Assembly (NCBI GenBank): GCA_964576795.1 | Contig: CAZNWT010000002.1 | Span: 65,033 to 129,032, forward strand | Reading direction: 5' to 3' | Source: an uncultured Victivallales bacterium | Lineage (GTDB): Bacteria > Verrucomicrobiota > Kiritimatiellia > UBA8416 | DNA length: 64,000 bases | Shown here: piece after piece, positions 9,888 to 20,816 of the stretch | How the letters are laid out: every line of letters begins with the position of its first letter | Numbering within the stretch: position 1 is the stretch's first letter | Notes under the pieces: generated by a model | The model's database searches: none | Seen by the model: the letters and a program-made list of their open reading frames with translations, nothing else | Told to the model about the DNA's origin: nothing | Translations under genes and position numbers: made by a program

Positions 9888-10519
9888 ATGCCCGAGCTTG
9901 TGTCGCTCTGTTTCCAGAAGACCAGATTCCCGTAATTCTTGATACGGTGCTCGACTGTGCTTCAACTCTTCGCAAGAAGAGCCCCAACGAACTTGAGAAC
10001 CACCTCTCTACCCGCCTTGTGAAGCGCCTCCAAGTCGATCTACGTATGCGCGGCGGCCCATTCGTAGTGTGTCCCGAATACCAAGTACTTGATAAATCTG
10101 TCGATGATGCTCAACACAAAGGTCACATTGATATTTGCTTCGTGACAACACAGGGAAGCGACACATACTTCGCCATCGAGGCAAAGAGGCTGCATGTCAC
10201 ATATGGAAAAGGAAAGTGGACATCTCTGGTTGGAGAATACGTTACGGGCAACCAAGGTATGATGTGTTTCGTGACGGCCAAGTACTCTGCCGCACAACAA
10301 GCGGGTGCAATGCTCGGGTATGTGTTCGACGGCGATACAAACAAAGCACGTGATGGCATATCCAAGTCCATTGACAACAACAGGACGAAACTCAACTTGG
10401 CAGGGACGCAGGGACTTCTGAAATCGCGGATTGTTCATCGAGCAGAGCACGTCGACGAAACGCAGCACCATTTCGGGCGGCGTCCCTTTACCATGTATCA
10501 CCTCTTGGTGCCCGTATGA
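9884..10519 (+). CDS. PD-(D/E)xK restriction-endonuclease-like protein, 211 aa
   Basis: 'VCPEYQV...GHIDICFVTTQGSDTYFAIEAKRL' gives an E...(P)D...ExK arrangement. Start overlaps the methyltransferase stop (ATGA). Confidence 0.5.
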   Translation: MNARACVALFPEDQIPVILDTVLDCASTLRKKSPNELENHLSTRLVKRLQVDLRMRGGPFVVCPEYQVLDKSVDDAQHKGHIDICFVTTQGSDTYFAIEAKRLHVTYGKGKWTSLVGEYVTGNQGMMCFVTAKYSAAQQAGAMLGYVFDGDTNKARDGISKSIDNNRTKLNLAGTQGLLKSRIVHRAEHVDETQHHFGRRPFTMYHLLVPV

Positions 10520-11076
10520 GTATCAGCGGGGAGACTCTGAGGACGGTTGGTGACGCTTCGATCCTGAAGCGCCCCAAGGTGGCGCTGTTCTGCTCGGTCA
10601 AATGTCCTGGAAGACTAATTCTTGAAACCTACGACCTCGCCAAGAAATTTCGCCGCGACGGCATTCTTGTTGTGAGTGGGTTCCATTCCCCCATGGAGCA
10701 GGAATGCCTCCGCATTCTGCTTCAATCCCCACACCCGGTCATCTGGTGTCTCGCTCGCGGCATGTATCGCCGCGTGCCTACTAGCCCGATAGATTGCCGT
10801 CCTGCAGTCGAGGGTGGCCGTCTAGCGATCGTATCCCCGTTTCCGGAGAAGATGCGCCACGTCACTGCGGAGACGGCGATGATTCGGAATCGCTTCGTCG
10901 CCAGCATGGCCGACGCCATCGTGGTTTCCCACGCGACAAGCGGAGGCAAGATGGATGCCCTATGTAGGGAGCTCCTCGCGGCAGGTAAACCGCTCTACAC
11001 CTTTGATCATCCGGCAAACGAAGAACTTCTGCGTGCTGGGGCACAGTCTGTTGCCGCTATGGCGGGTGCTGGTTGA
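10516..11076 (+). CDS. DprA/Smf-like (SLOG Rossmann) protein, 186 aa
   Basis: 'ILVVSGFHSPMEQECLRILL' resembles the DprA 'SGxARGIDxxAH' signature. 'RNRFVASMADAIVVSHATSGGKMDALCRELLAAGKPLYTF' resembles the DprA C-terminal 'RNRiiagls...vvveaa..SGaliTa..Al..gr.vfavPG'. Overlaps the stop of the nuclease gene. Confidence 0.55.
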   Translation: MSISGETLRTVGDASILKRPKVALFCSVKCPGRLILETYDLAKKFRRDGILVVSGFHSPMEQECLRILLQSPHPVIWCLARGMYRRVPTSPIDCRPAVEGGRLAIVSPFPEKMRHVTAETAMIRNRFVASMADAIVVSHATSGGKMDALCRELLAAGKPLYTFDHPANEELLRAGAQSVAAMAGAG

Positions 11077-11183
11077 ACGTAGCAGAGATACAGACGTCAT
11101 TGATCGGAATGGGGCATCGCCTTGCGGCCCGGGGGCGGGCCACCTCTATTTCAGTAAACCAACCCCATTCTGGAATAATGGAG

Positions 11184-11215
11184 CCGGGGCGCCCTCGCCC
11201 CGGCTGGTATGTGCC
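11184..11215 (+). terminator. GC-rich hairpin CCGGGGCG-CCCT-CGCCCCGG after the DprA-like gene (weak T tract)
   Basis: Inverted repeat read from the sequence, located 110 nt past the end of the plus-strand gene array. Confidence 0.3.
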
Positions 11216-11456
11216 GTTTCTGCGGGGCTCTAACTAATTTGGGCAACGCGTCGTGAAGGGGGTTAGGCAGGTGATCAATTTCTTAACAGCGCATAGTGTT
11301 TCCCCTCGGAAAAATATAGTGGTTTCCCTTAGTATGTTGTCGTACAATTATAACAATTGTGATGTGCGGTGCGTTCGACCAGTCTGGCCTATCAAGTCCA
11401 ATGGTGGATGGCGACTGCGATCTAGCACTTTATCAGACAAAATGGCGGGAACCTAA

Positions 11457-14400
11457 GTGGAATATCATGCGAAAGACCAAAGGGAGGGGCGAAGACGAGA
11501 CGGAGTGGGTCTCGTGTCTCTTTTTCTGGCCCTTCTGGTGTGTCCAATAGGGGGTTGGAGTCAGGAAGCGCCAGCGCAAACGGGGGATGGGGTTCGAGCC
11601 GGCTGCGAAGTCGACTATCCGCCGTTCTGCACCGTCGACGAACAGGGCTCGGCGCGAGGCTTCTCCGTGGAACTCCTACGCGTTGCGATAAAGGCAATGG
11701 AGCGTGACGTTACATTTCGCACGGGCCCTTGGGCGGAGGTCAAGGGGTGGCTGGCACGTGGGGAGATCGACGCGCTGCCGCTGGTCGGCCGCACGCTGGA
11801 GCGGGAAGCCCTATTTGACTTTACGGTTCCCTACATGACGATGCGCGGTTGCATCGTTGTGCGGCAAGGCTCTCGTGACATTCACAATCTTGGCGATCTG
11901 CGAGGCCGTCGCGTGGTGGTGATGGATGCCGACAATGCCGAAGAGTTTCTTCTGCGTGAGCAGCGCAATTTCGATATCATCAGTGTCCCCACCTTTGCGG
12001 ATGCACTGCGTATGCTCTGCGAAGGGGGGGGGCGATGCGGTTTTCATGCAGCGTTTGGTTGCGCTTCGTTTGATCGATGAGCTTGGACTTCAAGACTTGA
12101 TGATTGTGAATCGCCCGATCTCCGGTTATACGCAGGACTTCTGTTTTGCGGTTAAGGACGGCGATAGCGACACGCTTTCGATGTTGAACGAGGGCCTGGC
12201 GTTGGTGGTGGCCGACGGGACGCGCCGCCGACTTTACTCCAAGTGGTTTGCGGCACTCGAACTGCCGTCTGACCGCCCGATTGTCATCGGCGGGGATGAC
12301 AATTACCCGCCATTCGAGTTTCTTGATGAGAAAGGTAACCCGGCAGGTTACAACGTTGATCTCGTGCGGGCTGTGGCGCAGGCCGTGGGGATGGATATCG
12401 AAATACGGCTTGGACCGTGGGCCAATATCGTCAAGGAATTTGAGAAGGGCGAGATTGACGCTATCGAAGGTATGTCATATTCCTTGGACCGTGACGCGAA
12501 CGTCGATTTCAGTCCGCCGCACAACATCAATCATCGTGTTAGTGTTGTCCGCCGGGGAAACGGGCGACCGCCTTGCAACCTCGCTGAACTGCGGGATCTA
12601 TCCATCATTGTTCAGGACGGGGATATCCTGCATGAGTGGGTCGTGGCTCAAGGTCTGACAAACCGCTTGACGGTGGTGCGGGATCAAGAGGATGCGCTGC
12701 GGGAGGTGGCTGCGGGTCGGCAGGACTGTGCTCTTGTGGCGCGTATGTCTGCGCTGTATTGGATCGACAAGTTCAAGTTGCGCAATCTGGTTGTAGGTGA
12801 CGTGCCGCTGTTGGCTTCGCAATACTGTTTTGCTGTCCAGAATGGCGGCAAGGCTCTACTCGCGAATCTTAGTGAAGGACTGAAAGCAATCGAGCAAAGT
12901 GGTGAGTATCGGCGAATCCACGACAAGTGGATGGGGGTCTACGAAGAATCGTCGACATCGCTGTTGGACCTTTTGGGATATGTCGCTGTCGTGGCCATTC
13001 CCCTGTTGGGCATTCTTGCAATGGTTTTCCTCTGGTCATGGTCGCTACAGCGAAAAGTTTCAGAGCGCACGGCGGCATTGCGGGTTAGTGAAGCTCGATT
13101 ACATCGTGCCCAGCGTGTTGCTCTCATTGGCGACTGGGAGCTTGATCTTTCTACAGGCATGGTCGACGCTTCTGAGGAAGCGCGGTGCATCTACGGCTTC
13201 GATAATCGACTTTGGGGCATCAAGGAAGTGCAGGAGATTCCGCTTCCCGAATACCGGGCTATGCTAAATAGCGCTTTGACGGGACTGTGCGAGCGGGGCG
13301 AAGCGTATGATGTTACGTTTCGCATACAAAGACCGTCCGATGGTGCTCTGGTGGACGTCTATTCGGTGGCGAAGTATGACCGCGACAGAAACCTAGTCTA
13401 TGGTGTGATCCAGGATGTGACTGATCAAAAGGCGAACGAAGCGTTGCTGGCGGCCAGCGAGGAGCAACTGCGCTTGGTGCTGGATTCGAGTCCCATCCCC
13501 ACTGCCGTTGTCGATCCCGAGAATGTGAACATATTTTCTTGGAGTCGAAGCGCCTGTGAACTATTTGGTCACACACCAGCCACGACGGCCGAATGGTTCG
13601 AGATTGCCTATCCTGATCCTGACTACCGACGTGAGGTCCTCGAGCGGTGGAAACCATTACTGGCGAAAGGTCGCGATGAGGGGGGGACCGTTTGTGCCGG
13701 CGAGTATCGGATTTGCTGTCAGGATGGCTCAACCCGGGTATGCGAGATCTTTGTACGCTTTGTGCCCGGGAATCTGATCGTCACACTACACGACATCACC
13801 GAGCAGAATCGTCTGCAGGAGAGTCTGCTCCAGGCGCAGAAACTCGAATCCGTGGGCCGGTTGGCTGGGGGCGTGGCACATGACTTCAACAATCTTTTGA
13901 CGGGGATCATGAATTATGTCGATTTATGCCGCGACAATCTTGACGCTGACCATACGGTTCGTCAATGGCTTGATGAAATTACACGCGATTCGCAGCGCTC
14001 TGCGGGATTGGTTCGCCAGCTGCTGACATTTGCCCGGAAGCAGACCATTAAGCCGAAGGTGTTGGACCTCAATGACGCAGTGGCCGACACGCTTAACTTG
14101 CTTCGGCACCTGATCGGTGCAGATGTCAATCTGCTTTGGCAACCGGGAGCAAGTCTGGAGCCGGTGAAGATGGACCCGACCCAGCTTGACCAGATTCTTG
14201 CAAACCTTTGCGTGAATGCACGAGATGCTATCGCGGGGGTGGGAAAAATTACGATTGAAACCATCAATGCAACCATTAATGACGAATACTGCGCGGAGCA
14301 CGCGGAAGCGCGACCGGGCGATTTTATTGTGCTAGCGGTCAGCGATGATGGGTGTGGGATGGATGCGAAGACGCTCGTCAGCATCTTCGAGCCTTTCTTT

Positions 14401-14964
14401 ACGACCAAAGGTGTTGGAAAAGGTACGGGGTTGGGGCTGGCGACACTATACGGAATCGTTAAACAGAATGACGGCTTCATCAACGTCTACAGTGAACCGG
14501 GTGTTGGCACCACGTTTCGAATCTACTTGCCGGTCAGCGAGGAGGGCGTTAGAGCCCCTGCGGTAACCAAGGTTGCGACTCCGCGGCCGCGCGGTAATGA
14601 GACCATTCTGCTGGTCGAGGATGAGAATTCTATTCGTCTTACTACCGCGATGTTCCTTTCCGATTTGGGGTACGAAATGTTATCGGCCGAATCGCCGGAA
14701 GAGGCTGTGGATTTGGTCGCGGGACGCGACGGCGAGATAGATCTGCTGATCACCGATGTGGTGATGCCCGGTATGAGCGGCCGCGACCTGGCGGTGAAAT
14801 TGGAAGAAACGCGTCCCAACATGCGATGCCTTTACGTTTCCGGCTATACGGCTAACGTCATTGCGGATCGTGGGATTTTCGATTCGGATGTTAACTTTCT
14901 TCCCAAGCCATTCTCCCGTGATGATATTGCAAAGAAGGTGCGGGAGATTCTCGACAGTCGCTAG
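11457..14964 (+). CDS. Hybrid sensor histidine kinase (2x periplasmic SBP_bac_3 – TM – PAS – PAS – HisKA – HATPase – REC); reading frame broken in a G9 homopolymer at ~12024-12032
   Basis: ORFs 11457..12080 and 11926..14964 join seamlessly across 'gaagggggggggcgatg' (…ALRMLCEGGG / DAVFMQRLVAL…). H-box 'GGVAHDFNNLL', 'GTGLGLATLYGIV', receiver 'LLITDVVMPGMSG'. Confidence 0.8.
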
Positions 14965-15153
14965 GTTAGTGTCGTGCAAATTAAGAATGAGGGTAAGTCA
15001 GAGAACGTGTCTGTATTTTCGTAATCGTACTCCTGCTCAGTAATCATAATCGGGATGTGAGGTGTCATTTTTGATTAGGATTATGCGTAGGATTACGATT
15101 AGGATGCAAAAAGGATTAAGTATCCTCATGGAAAGTTTAGGGGGAGTTGCACG

Positions 15154-17571
15154 ATGAAAACCAACAATCGAGATCAAACGCCAGCAGGGGCCGTCAATGC
15201 CACGCAGTCATCGAGCGCGTCGGAATTGATTCGTACTGCACGACGTCACTCAATACTAAAATTTATTGTGATCTTTATTGTGATTAGCCTGGCATTTATC
15301 ACTACCGGGCACCGGTACTACCGTCACGAGATAGAGGCGATACGTGTCAACAAGAGAAACGAACTGAGATTCATCGCCGATGAAAAAGCCGCGAGCATTT
15401 CGAACTGGCGGATGGAACGGCTGACGGATGCCCGCCTAATAGCTTCCGGATTAGTCAGAATGCGTGCGATTGAATGGCTCAAGAGGCCCGATGATGAGGC
15501 GCTTAAGCGCCTGCTTCTGCGCCGCTTCCGGCTGTTTCAGGAAGGCTATGAGTTACAGAATGTCATCTTGGCCGACCTGGAGGGGCACCTCTTACTCTCG
15601 TTGGAGCCCGATGGTGTGGTCATGGAGGTTCGGGCGAAGGAATTGGCAGTGCAGGCCGTTGAAGCGAATCAGCCCGTTTTAGGCAATTTCCATGGTTGCG
15701 AGCGTGGTTACGGGATCCATTTGGATGTGGCCGCACCGATCGTGAATGAAGAAGGGGATGTGGTTTCCGTTATTCTGTTGCGCACCGATCCGAATCACTA
15801 TCTATATCCGCTCATCCAATCCTGGCCTACGCCCAGCAAGACAGCAGAAACGCTACTGTTCTGCCGGGATGGTGATGAGGTGCTGTTCTTGAACAAGCTG
15901 CGCCATTTGCCTGATCCACCTTTGACCTTGCGTATTCCTATGACACAAATGAATGTTCCCGCCGTCCAGGCGGCAATGGGCCTGACGGGAGTCTTTGAGG
16001 GCTTAGATTATCGAGGGGAACCGGTTCTGACAGATTTATGCTCTATAGACGGCTCTCCCTGGTACATGGTGGCTAAAGTTGACACACTTGAAATTCTCGC
16101 TGAAGCCCGTTACCGCGCCCGGAGCATCCTGCTCTTCATCGCCCTCGTCCTCGTCCTGCTTGGCCTCCTGACTGCCTATCTGATAAACGAACGGCGGCGA
16201 CATCTCTACAAGTCTCTATTCCGCGCTGAGCAGTGCAGGCGGCAAACCCAGGAAGAGATTCGTGCTACCCTTTACGGCATTGGTGACGGTGTGATCGCCA
16301 CGGATGCCACGGAGCGGGTTACGCGAATGAATCCCGTGGCTGAACAGCTCACCGGTTGGAGCGAGGCCGAAGCATTGACTAAACCACTGAATGATGTGTT
16401 CCGCATCGTCAACGAGGAGACCCGGAGCGAGGTCGAAAACCCCGCCGACCGCGTACTGCGTGAAGGCAAGATCGTAGGGCTGGCAAATCACACGGTGCTG
16501 CTTTCCCGTGACGGAACCGAGCGGGCCATTTCCGATAGCGCCGCTCCCATTCTCGCTGAAGCCGGCGACATTAGGGGCGTCGTATTGGTTTTCCGTGATC
16601 AGACGGCCGAACGTGCAGTGCAGAAGGCGGAGAAAATGCAGCAGCAACTGCGGCTACAGTTGGTACAGTCTCAAAAACTTGAATCCATCGGCACACTGGC
16701 TGGTGGCGTGGCGCATGAGATCAACAACCCAATCATGGGAATTCTGGGGTATGCGCAGCTTATTGTTGATAAACTTGAAGGCCAGAACGATGAAATTGTG
16801 GGTTTTTCGCGCGTGATTATAAACGAGACGGAGCGTGTTGCTACTATCGTTAAAAACCTTTTGGGTTTCGCTCGCCATGACAAACAAGGCTACGGTGCCG
16901 CGCGGCTCTGTGATGTTGTGGATGCGACGATGTCGCTTGTTGGTGTGGTCATGCGTCACGACCATATCGCGCTGGAAATCGACGTGCCCGATGACTTGCC
17001 CCAGATCCATTGCAGTAGCCAACAGATTCAGCAGGTGATCATGAATCTCTTGACGAATGCGCGCGATGCTTTGAACGAGAAATACCCCGGCCGTGACAAC
17101 AGCAAGAAGGCTATTGTCAAGGTGGAGTGTGGAATACGGAACGCAGAAGGAAAATGGAAACTCGGAGACGGGGGCCCAGACTCCGCCAAGGCTACGTTGT
17201 GCAAGCCGTTGCCCTCTATGCTCGGTTTGCGGCCTGCCTTGGAGGGCGGCGGCCTGCCCCGTGCCGTGACGAAGTCTCTGGTTCAGGGGCCTCCGCCGCT
17301 GGACTGCTGGATCCGGTTGACCGTCGAAGATCGTGGCTCTGGCATCCCCCCAGAGCTCCGCGATCGCATTTTCGAGCCCTTCTTTACGACCAAACCTCGG
17401 GACAAAGGCACCGGCCTAGGCTTATCGATCAGCTATGGTATCGTTAGAGATCACGGTGGAGAGCTGAGTGTAGAAAGCGAAGTCGGACAGTGGACGCGTT
17501 TTCATGTAGACTTGCCGGTCCTGAGCGAAGTCGATGGGCCGGTGGTGGGGCCGGTGGAGAGTGGGGCGTGA
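15154..17571 (+). CDS. Sensor histidine kinase (TM – periplasmic sensor – TM – PAS – HisKA – HATPase_c), 805 aa
   Basis: H-box '[14 protein letters not shown]', 'DRGSGIPPE', G2 box '[13 protein letters not shown]'. Confidence 0.8.
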   Translation: MKTNNRDQTPAGAVNATQSSSASELIRTARRHSILKFIVIFIVISLAFITTGHRYYRHEIEAIRVNKRNELRFIADEKAASISNWRMERLTDARLIASGLVRMRAIEWLKRPDDEALKRLLLRRFRLFQEGYELQNVILADLEGHLLLSLEPDGVVMEVRAKELAVQAVEANQPVLGNFHGCERGYGIHLDVAAPIVNEEGDVVSVILLRTDPNHYLYPLIQSWPTPSKTAETLLFCRDGDEVLFLNKLRHLPDPPLTLRIPMTQMNVPAVQAAMGLTGVFEGLDYRGEPVLTDLCSIDGSPWYMVAKVDTLEILAEARYRARSILLFIALVLVLLGLLTAYLINERRRHLYKSLFRAEQCRRQTQEEIRATLYGIGDGVIATDATERVTRMNPVAEQLTGWSEAEALTKPLNDVFRIVNEETRSEVENPADRVLREGKIVGLANHTVLLSRDGTERAISDSAAPILAEAGDIRGVVLVFRDQTAERAVQKAEKMQQQLRLQLVQSQKLESIGTLAGGVAHEINNPIMGILGYAQLIVDKLEGQNDEIVGFSRVIINETERVATIVKNLLGFARHDKQGYGAARLCDVVDATMSLVGVVMRHDHIALEIDVPDDLPQIHCSSQQIQQVIMNLLTNARDALNEKYPGRDNSKKAIVKVECGIRNAEGKWKLGDGGPDSAKATLCKPLPSMLGLRPALEGGGLPRAVTKSLVQGPPPLDCWIRLTVEDRGSGIPPELRDRIFEPFFTTKPRDKGTGLGLSISYGIVRDHGGELSVESEVGQWTRFHVDLPVLSEVDGPVVGPVESGA

Positions 17572-17667
17572 ACTGATACTGTGCACCATTAAGAAAGGGT
17601 TTAAGAGTTGGTTGCAAGTGTGGGACCATGCTTCTCCTCGTTATCTGCTTTCGTCGCCCGTTCTCGT

Positions 17668-18606
17668 TCACCCTGCCCGCTTTTTAATGCACTGGCGGGT
17701 GATTTGGATTGCGGCGAGGGGGATAATGGCACCCCAGAGGATGAGTTTGAGAGGGTTGGTGTTGACGGGGGTCACACGGGATAGGTTCCAGAAAATGAGC
17801 AGGCATGATAGCCATACGGCGCTGAAGTTGGGGAGCGACTCGCCTGAGTGCTGAAGCTTCATTCCGGGGGTGCGGTGTCGAGTCACTGGCCAGAAGAGAC
17901 TACTGCCCATGTATCCGAATTGATCTACCGCAGCATGGGCGGCGTAGGCTGCAGCGACCACACCGGCCGCTGTCACGTCCCAGAGCAGCCAGGCGGGAAT
18001 GGCAAAGAACAACCCGACCAGAAGGCTGTGGCTCCATTGACGGTGCCAGGGAATGAACTCAGGAACGATGTATCCGTCCAGGTGCGGGGTCATCTGAAAG
18101 ATGGGGCCTTCAAAGATGTCAATGTTGGTGGCGGCAAGGTAGTCGAGCTTGACGGGATTTAGCAGTGGAGCAGAGGCGCTCGAAGGCTGTTTTGGGGCGG
18201 AGGAGGTTACGGGGGTTCCTCCGGTATCTACTGTGGCCCCCATTTCGACCTCTATGCATTTTGCAGGGAGATTGAATCGTAGGGTGTAACGCTGCCAAAG
18301 ATCGGCGCCAAGCCGAATGGTGTTAAGCTTGATGCGAAACGGTTTTTCAGATCTGGCGGCTTGTGCGATGGATTCGGCGACGGCGTCTGCAATTTGCTGA
18401 GGATCAGGGTCAAGAGGATCAGGAGTGACTTCGACGTGATGGGGATAGAAATAGCGGTAGAACTTGAAATCAAGCGTGTCAGGGAGAAGCCCAAAGATTC
18501 CCCCTAGGATGAAGTAGAGCGGATTGCCGTTTTCTGCTGCTGCTATGGCGCCGGGAAAACAGGAAGCTGTGGCGACGCCGATTGTAAAATGCGTGAGACC
18601 CTTCAT
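17668..18606 (-). CDS. Polytopic membrane protein, possibly membrane-bound metal-dependent hydrolase (DUF457/YdjM-like)
   Basis: N-terminus 'MKGLTHFTIGVA', several hydrophobic segments, His-rich 'AAHAAVDQFGY'. Confidence 0.3.
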   Translation of the reverse strand: MKGLTHFTIGVATASCFPGAIAAAENGNPLYFILGGIFGLLPDTLDFKFYRYFYPHHVEVTPDPLDPDPQQIADAVAESIAQAARSEKPFRIKLNTIRLGADLWQRYTLRFNLPAKCIEVEMGATVDTGGTPVTSSAPKQPSSASAPLLNPVKLDYLAATNIDIFEGPIFQMTPHLDGYIVPEFIPWHRQWSHSLLVGLFFAIPAWLLWDVTAAGVVAAAYAAHAAVDQFGYMGSSLFWPVTRHRTPGMKLQHSGESLPNFSAVWLSCLLIFWNLSRVTPVNTNPLKLILWGAIIPLAAIQITRQCIKKRAG

Positions 18607-18706
18607 GGGAGTAAATCCGAAATTTGAAATTTGAAATTGGGAAATAAAGAAGAGAAAGGGAGAGCGGAGTATTGATTTCCGATTTCTGCTTTCTGCTTTC
18701 GCATTT

Positions 18707-20044
18707 TCACAATAGCCTCAGCCATTGGGCGACGGTGGTGCCGATGCCAGACATATTGCAGGCCATTGGCAGAAGGATTACTCCAAGACAGTTCATGCGG
18801 CGCGAGCCAAAAAGTACGGGGAGTAGTCCAATGCCGGTGGCGACGGTCATGACGCCAAGTCCACTCCATCCGGTAATGCTTCCGACAAGAGCGATGATTA
18901 TGAAAAAGGCAGTGAACGAGATGGGCCGATAGCCAATACGGGCGATGGCTGCGAGTGTCATGCGCGTTAGTGGGGCAACCAGAAGTAGCGCACAGGCTCC
19001 GCCGATAGCGATTGCTGCCAGAGCTAGCAGATATTCGTAGAGGGTGTAGGGTGTCACGATCCCGCCGATGATCCATGCCCCTCCGCCTCGCGTGATTCCG
19101 AGTCCGGGAACAAAGAACAGGAGAAGTCCGCCGACATAGTAGACGAGTTTGGAGGTGCCTTGTGACACCAGAAATGTTCGGTCGTTTCGTATGGCGGTGG
19201 CATGTCCTGCCAAGAGTCCGCCAATGCCGCCAGTGACGACTGGAAAGAAGGCGGCAAAGCCACCGCCCAGTGCGCCGGCGAAGGCACCTCGCAGGGATGT
19301 CGCAGCATCTAGGTGTGTGGTGCAGGTTGTGACCTGTGCGGGGGGTTGTAGATTGTTGGCAAGGTTGAGCAGTAGCCAGGGGATGGTGAAGAGCCCAACA
19401 AAAGCGGGCATCAGATTTTGGAATGATGCGTCGATGGCGATAGGGGTGCGGAAGTAGAGAATAAATCCGAGAAGACCTGAGAGCAGGAATGTGATCAGGC
19501 CGATGCCTGTTGATCGCCATGAATCCGCGAATCTTCCCCAGCCCGCTTGTCCCGAGGGTTTGCTCTTGGGCCATTCCGACATGAGCATGAAGGCGATCAC
19601 GCACCAGAGGATCCAATGTGTGTGTGGACGAAGAACGGTTTGGGCAACCGGGAGTAGAGCTGGGGCCAATGGGCCCAGCACGAGGAGCAGAAGGATGAGT
19701 CCGCCGGCGCTCCCTATGGTGGTTATCATGATGCCGTCCAGCCCATGCCCGTTTAGAAAGAACTTTTGGCCAGGAAGCACGGTGAACATGGCGCTTTCAT
19801 CGGGGGCTGCCAAAAGGATAGAGGGAATGGTGTTCAGCACCGAATAGCCCACCATCAATCCCATGGCAAAGGGGAGTGCTATCTCAGTGGGGATGGGGTG
19901 ACCGTTTGCATTGGCGGTATGGGCGGCGAGGGCGAGAAGTCCCATGATGTTGTAGACATGGAGTCCGGGCACGCATGCCAGAAGCGAGGACAATAAGGTC
20001 CCTAGAATTGTGACAGGTGCTGCTGCGTAGAGTAGGAGCGTCAT
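18707..20044 (-). CDS. tctA: Tripartite tricarboxylate transporter TctA-family permease (likely start 'MTLLLYAAAP')
   Basis: Long multi-TM protein with Gly-rich repeats typical of TctA/DUF112 ('FAGALGGGFAAFFPVVTGGIGGLLAGHA'). Confidence 0.6.
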   Translation of the reverse strand: MTLLLYAAAPVTILGTLLSSLLACVPGLHVYNIMGLLALAAHTANANGHPIPTEIALPFAMGLMVGYSVLNTIPSILLAAPDESAMFTVLPGQKFFLNGHGLDGIMITTIGSAGGLILLLLVLGPLAPALLPVAQTVLRPHTHWILWCVIAFMLMSEWPKSKPSGQAGWGRFADSWRSTGIGLITFLLSGLLGFILYFRTPIAIDASFQNLMPAFVGLFTIPWLLLNLANNLQPPAQVTTCTTHLDAATSLRGAFAGALGGGFAAFFPVVTGGIGGLLAGHATAIRNDRTFLVSQGTSKLVYYVGGLLLFFVPGLGITRGGGAWIIGGIVTPYTLYEYLLALAAIAIGGACALLLVAPLTRMTLAAIARIGYRPISFTAFFIIIALVGSITGWSGLGVMTVATGIGLLPVLFGSRRMNCLGVILLPMACNMSGIGTTVAQWLRLL

Positions 20045-20296
20045 GGGGGAGGGGAGGGTTCCGAGTTCAGGGTTAGGGGCTATTTGGCATAGGTGTAAAG
20101 TTACACAATATCCAATATTCAACAAGGAATATTCAACTGAACATCGGAATCCAAATGCATACATTGCCCGGAAATGCCGAAAGCTGAGCTATGTTCCGGT
20201 GTTTCTCTTCACTTGAAAATTGGATATTCCTTGTTCGACATTGGATATTCAGTTTTTTTGTGTCTAGACCCTTTTCGGACACCGTCTAGCTAGGGG

Positions 20297-20816
20297 TTAT
20301 AGGGGGGCTCTAGGGCTTGGGGTTGGGTTTTGGATGGTTAGGTGTTTGGGTGATTTTAGGTAGAGTTTGGGTCCGGATTTTGCTGTGACGCTGAGGCTGC
20401 CTCGAACCTCGACTTGGTCTCCGGTGGCGGGGATCATGTTGTTTGTGAGCAGGGCTTTGGCAACATCCCGGTAGGCTGCTATTCGGAGACTGTTGCCTTC
20501 TTTGTCATGTATTGTGAATCCGACGTATGCGCGATCGCGTGATATGTAAGCCGCCTTAGACACGCTGCCTTGGACCCGGACGTGAGCGAAATTCATGGCG
20601 GGGGTGATCTCTGCAAGGTTAATCAGAGGGGGCTCTCGGTGACGTGCCGCGGCGTATAGCAGGAACAGCCCTGCGGTTGCCAATGCGATGGCTGTCACAC
20701 GAATGGTGCGCATGATTGGGGCGGGAGTGGCGTTTGCACTACAGTAGGGACAGCGGTTTGCGGGGCCAATGTAGCGGTTGCAGGAGGGGCATAATGGTGA
20801 GGGGGTGGGCGTCATT
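20297..20816 (-). CDS. Zn-ribbon/TM hypothetical protein (CPSC…CPYC, one TM, possible OB-like C-terminus)
   Basis: 'LCPSCNRYIGPANRCPYC' and the hydrophobic stretch 'IRVTAIALATAGLFLLYAAA'. Confidence 0.3.

Noticed and set aside
11253-11456. 67-aa and 63-aa ORFs in the gap between the DprA-like gene and the histidine kinase
   Set aside because: No RBS or motif support. The region is more plausibly promoter/leader of the kinase gene.
18603-19616. 337-aa Arg/His-rich ORF on the minus strand
   Set aside because: Lies entirely inside the TctA permease gene in another frame. Composition is typical of an out-of-frame GC-rich artefact.
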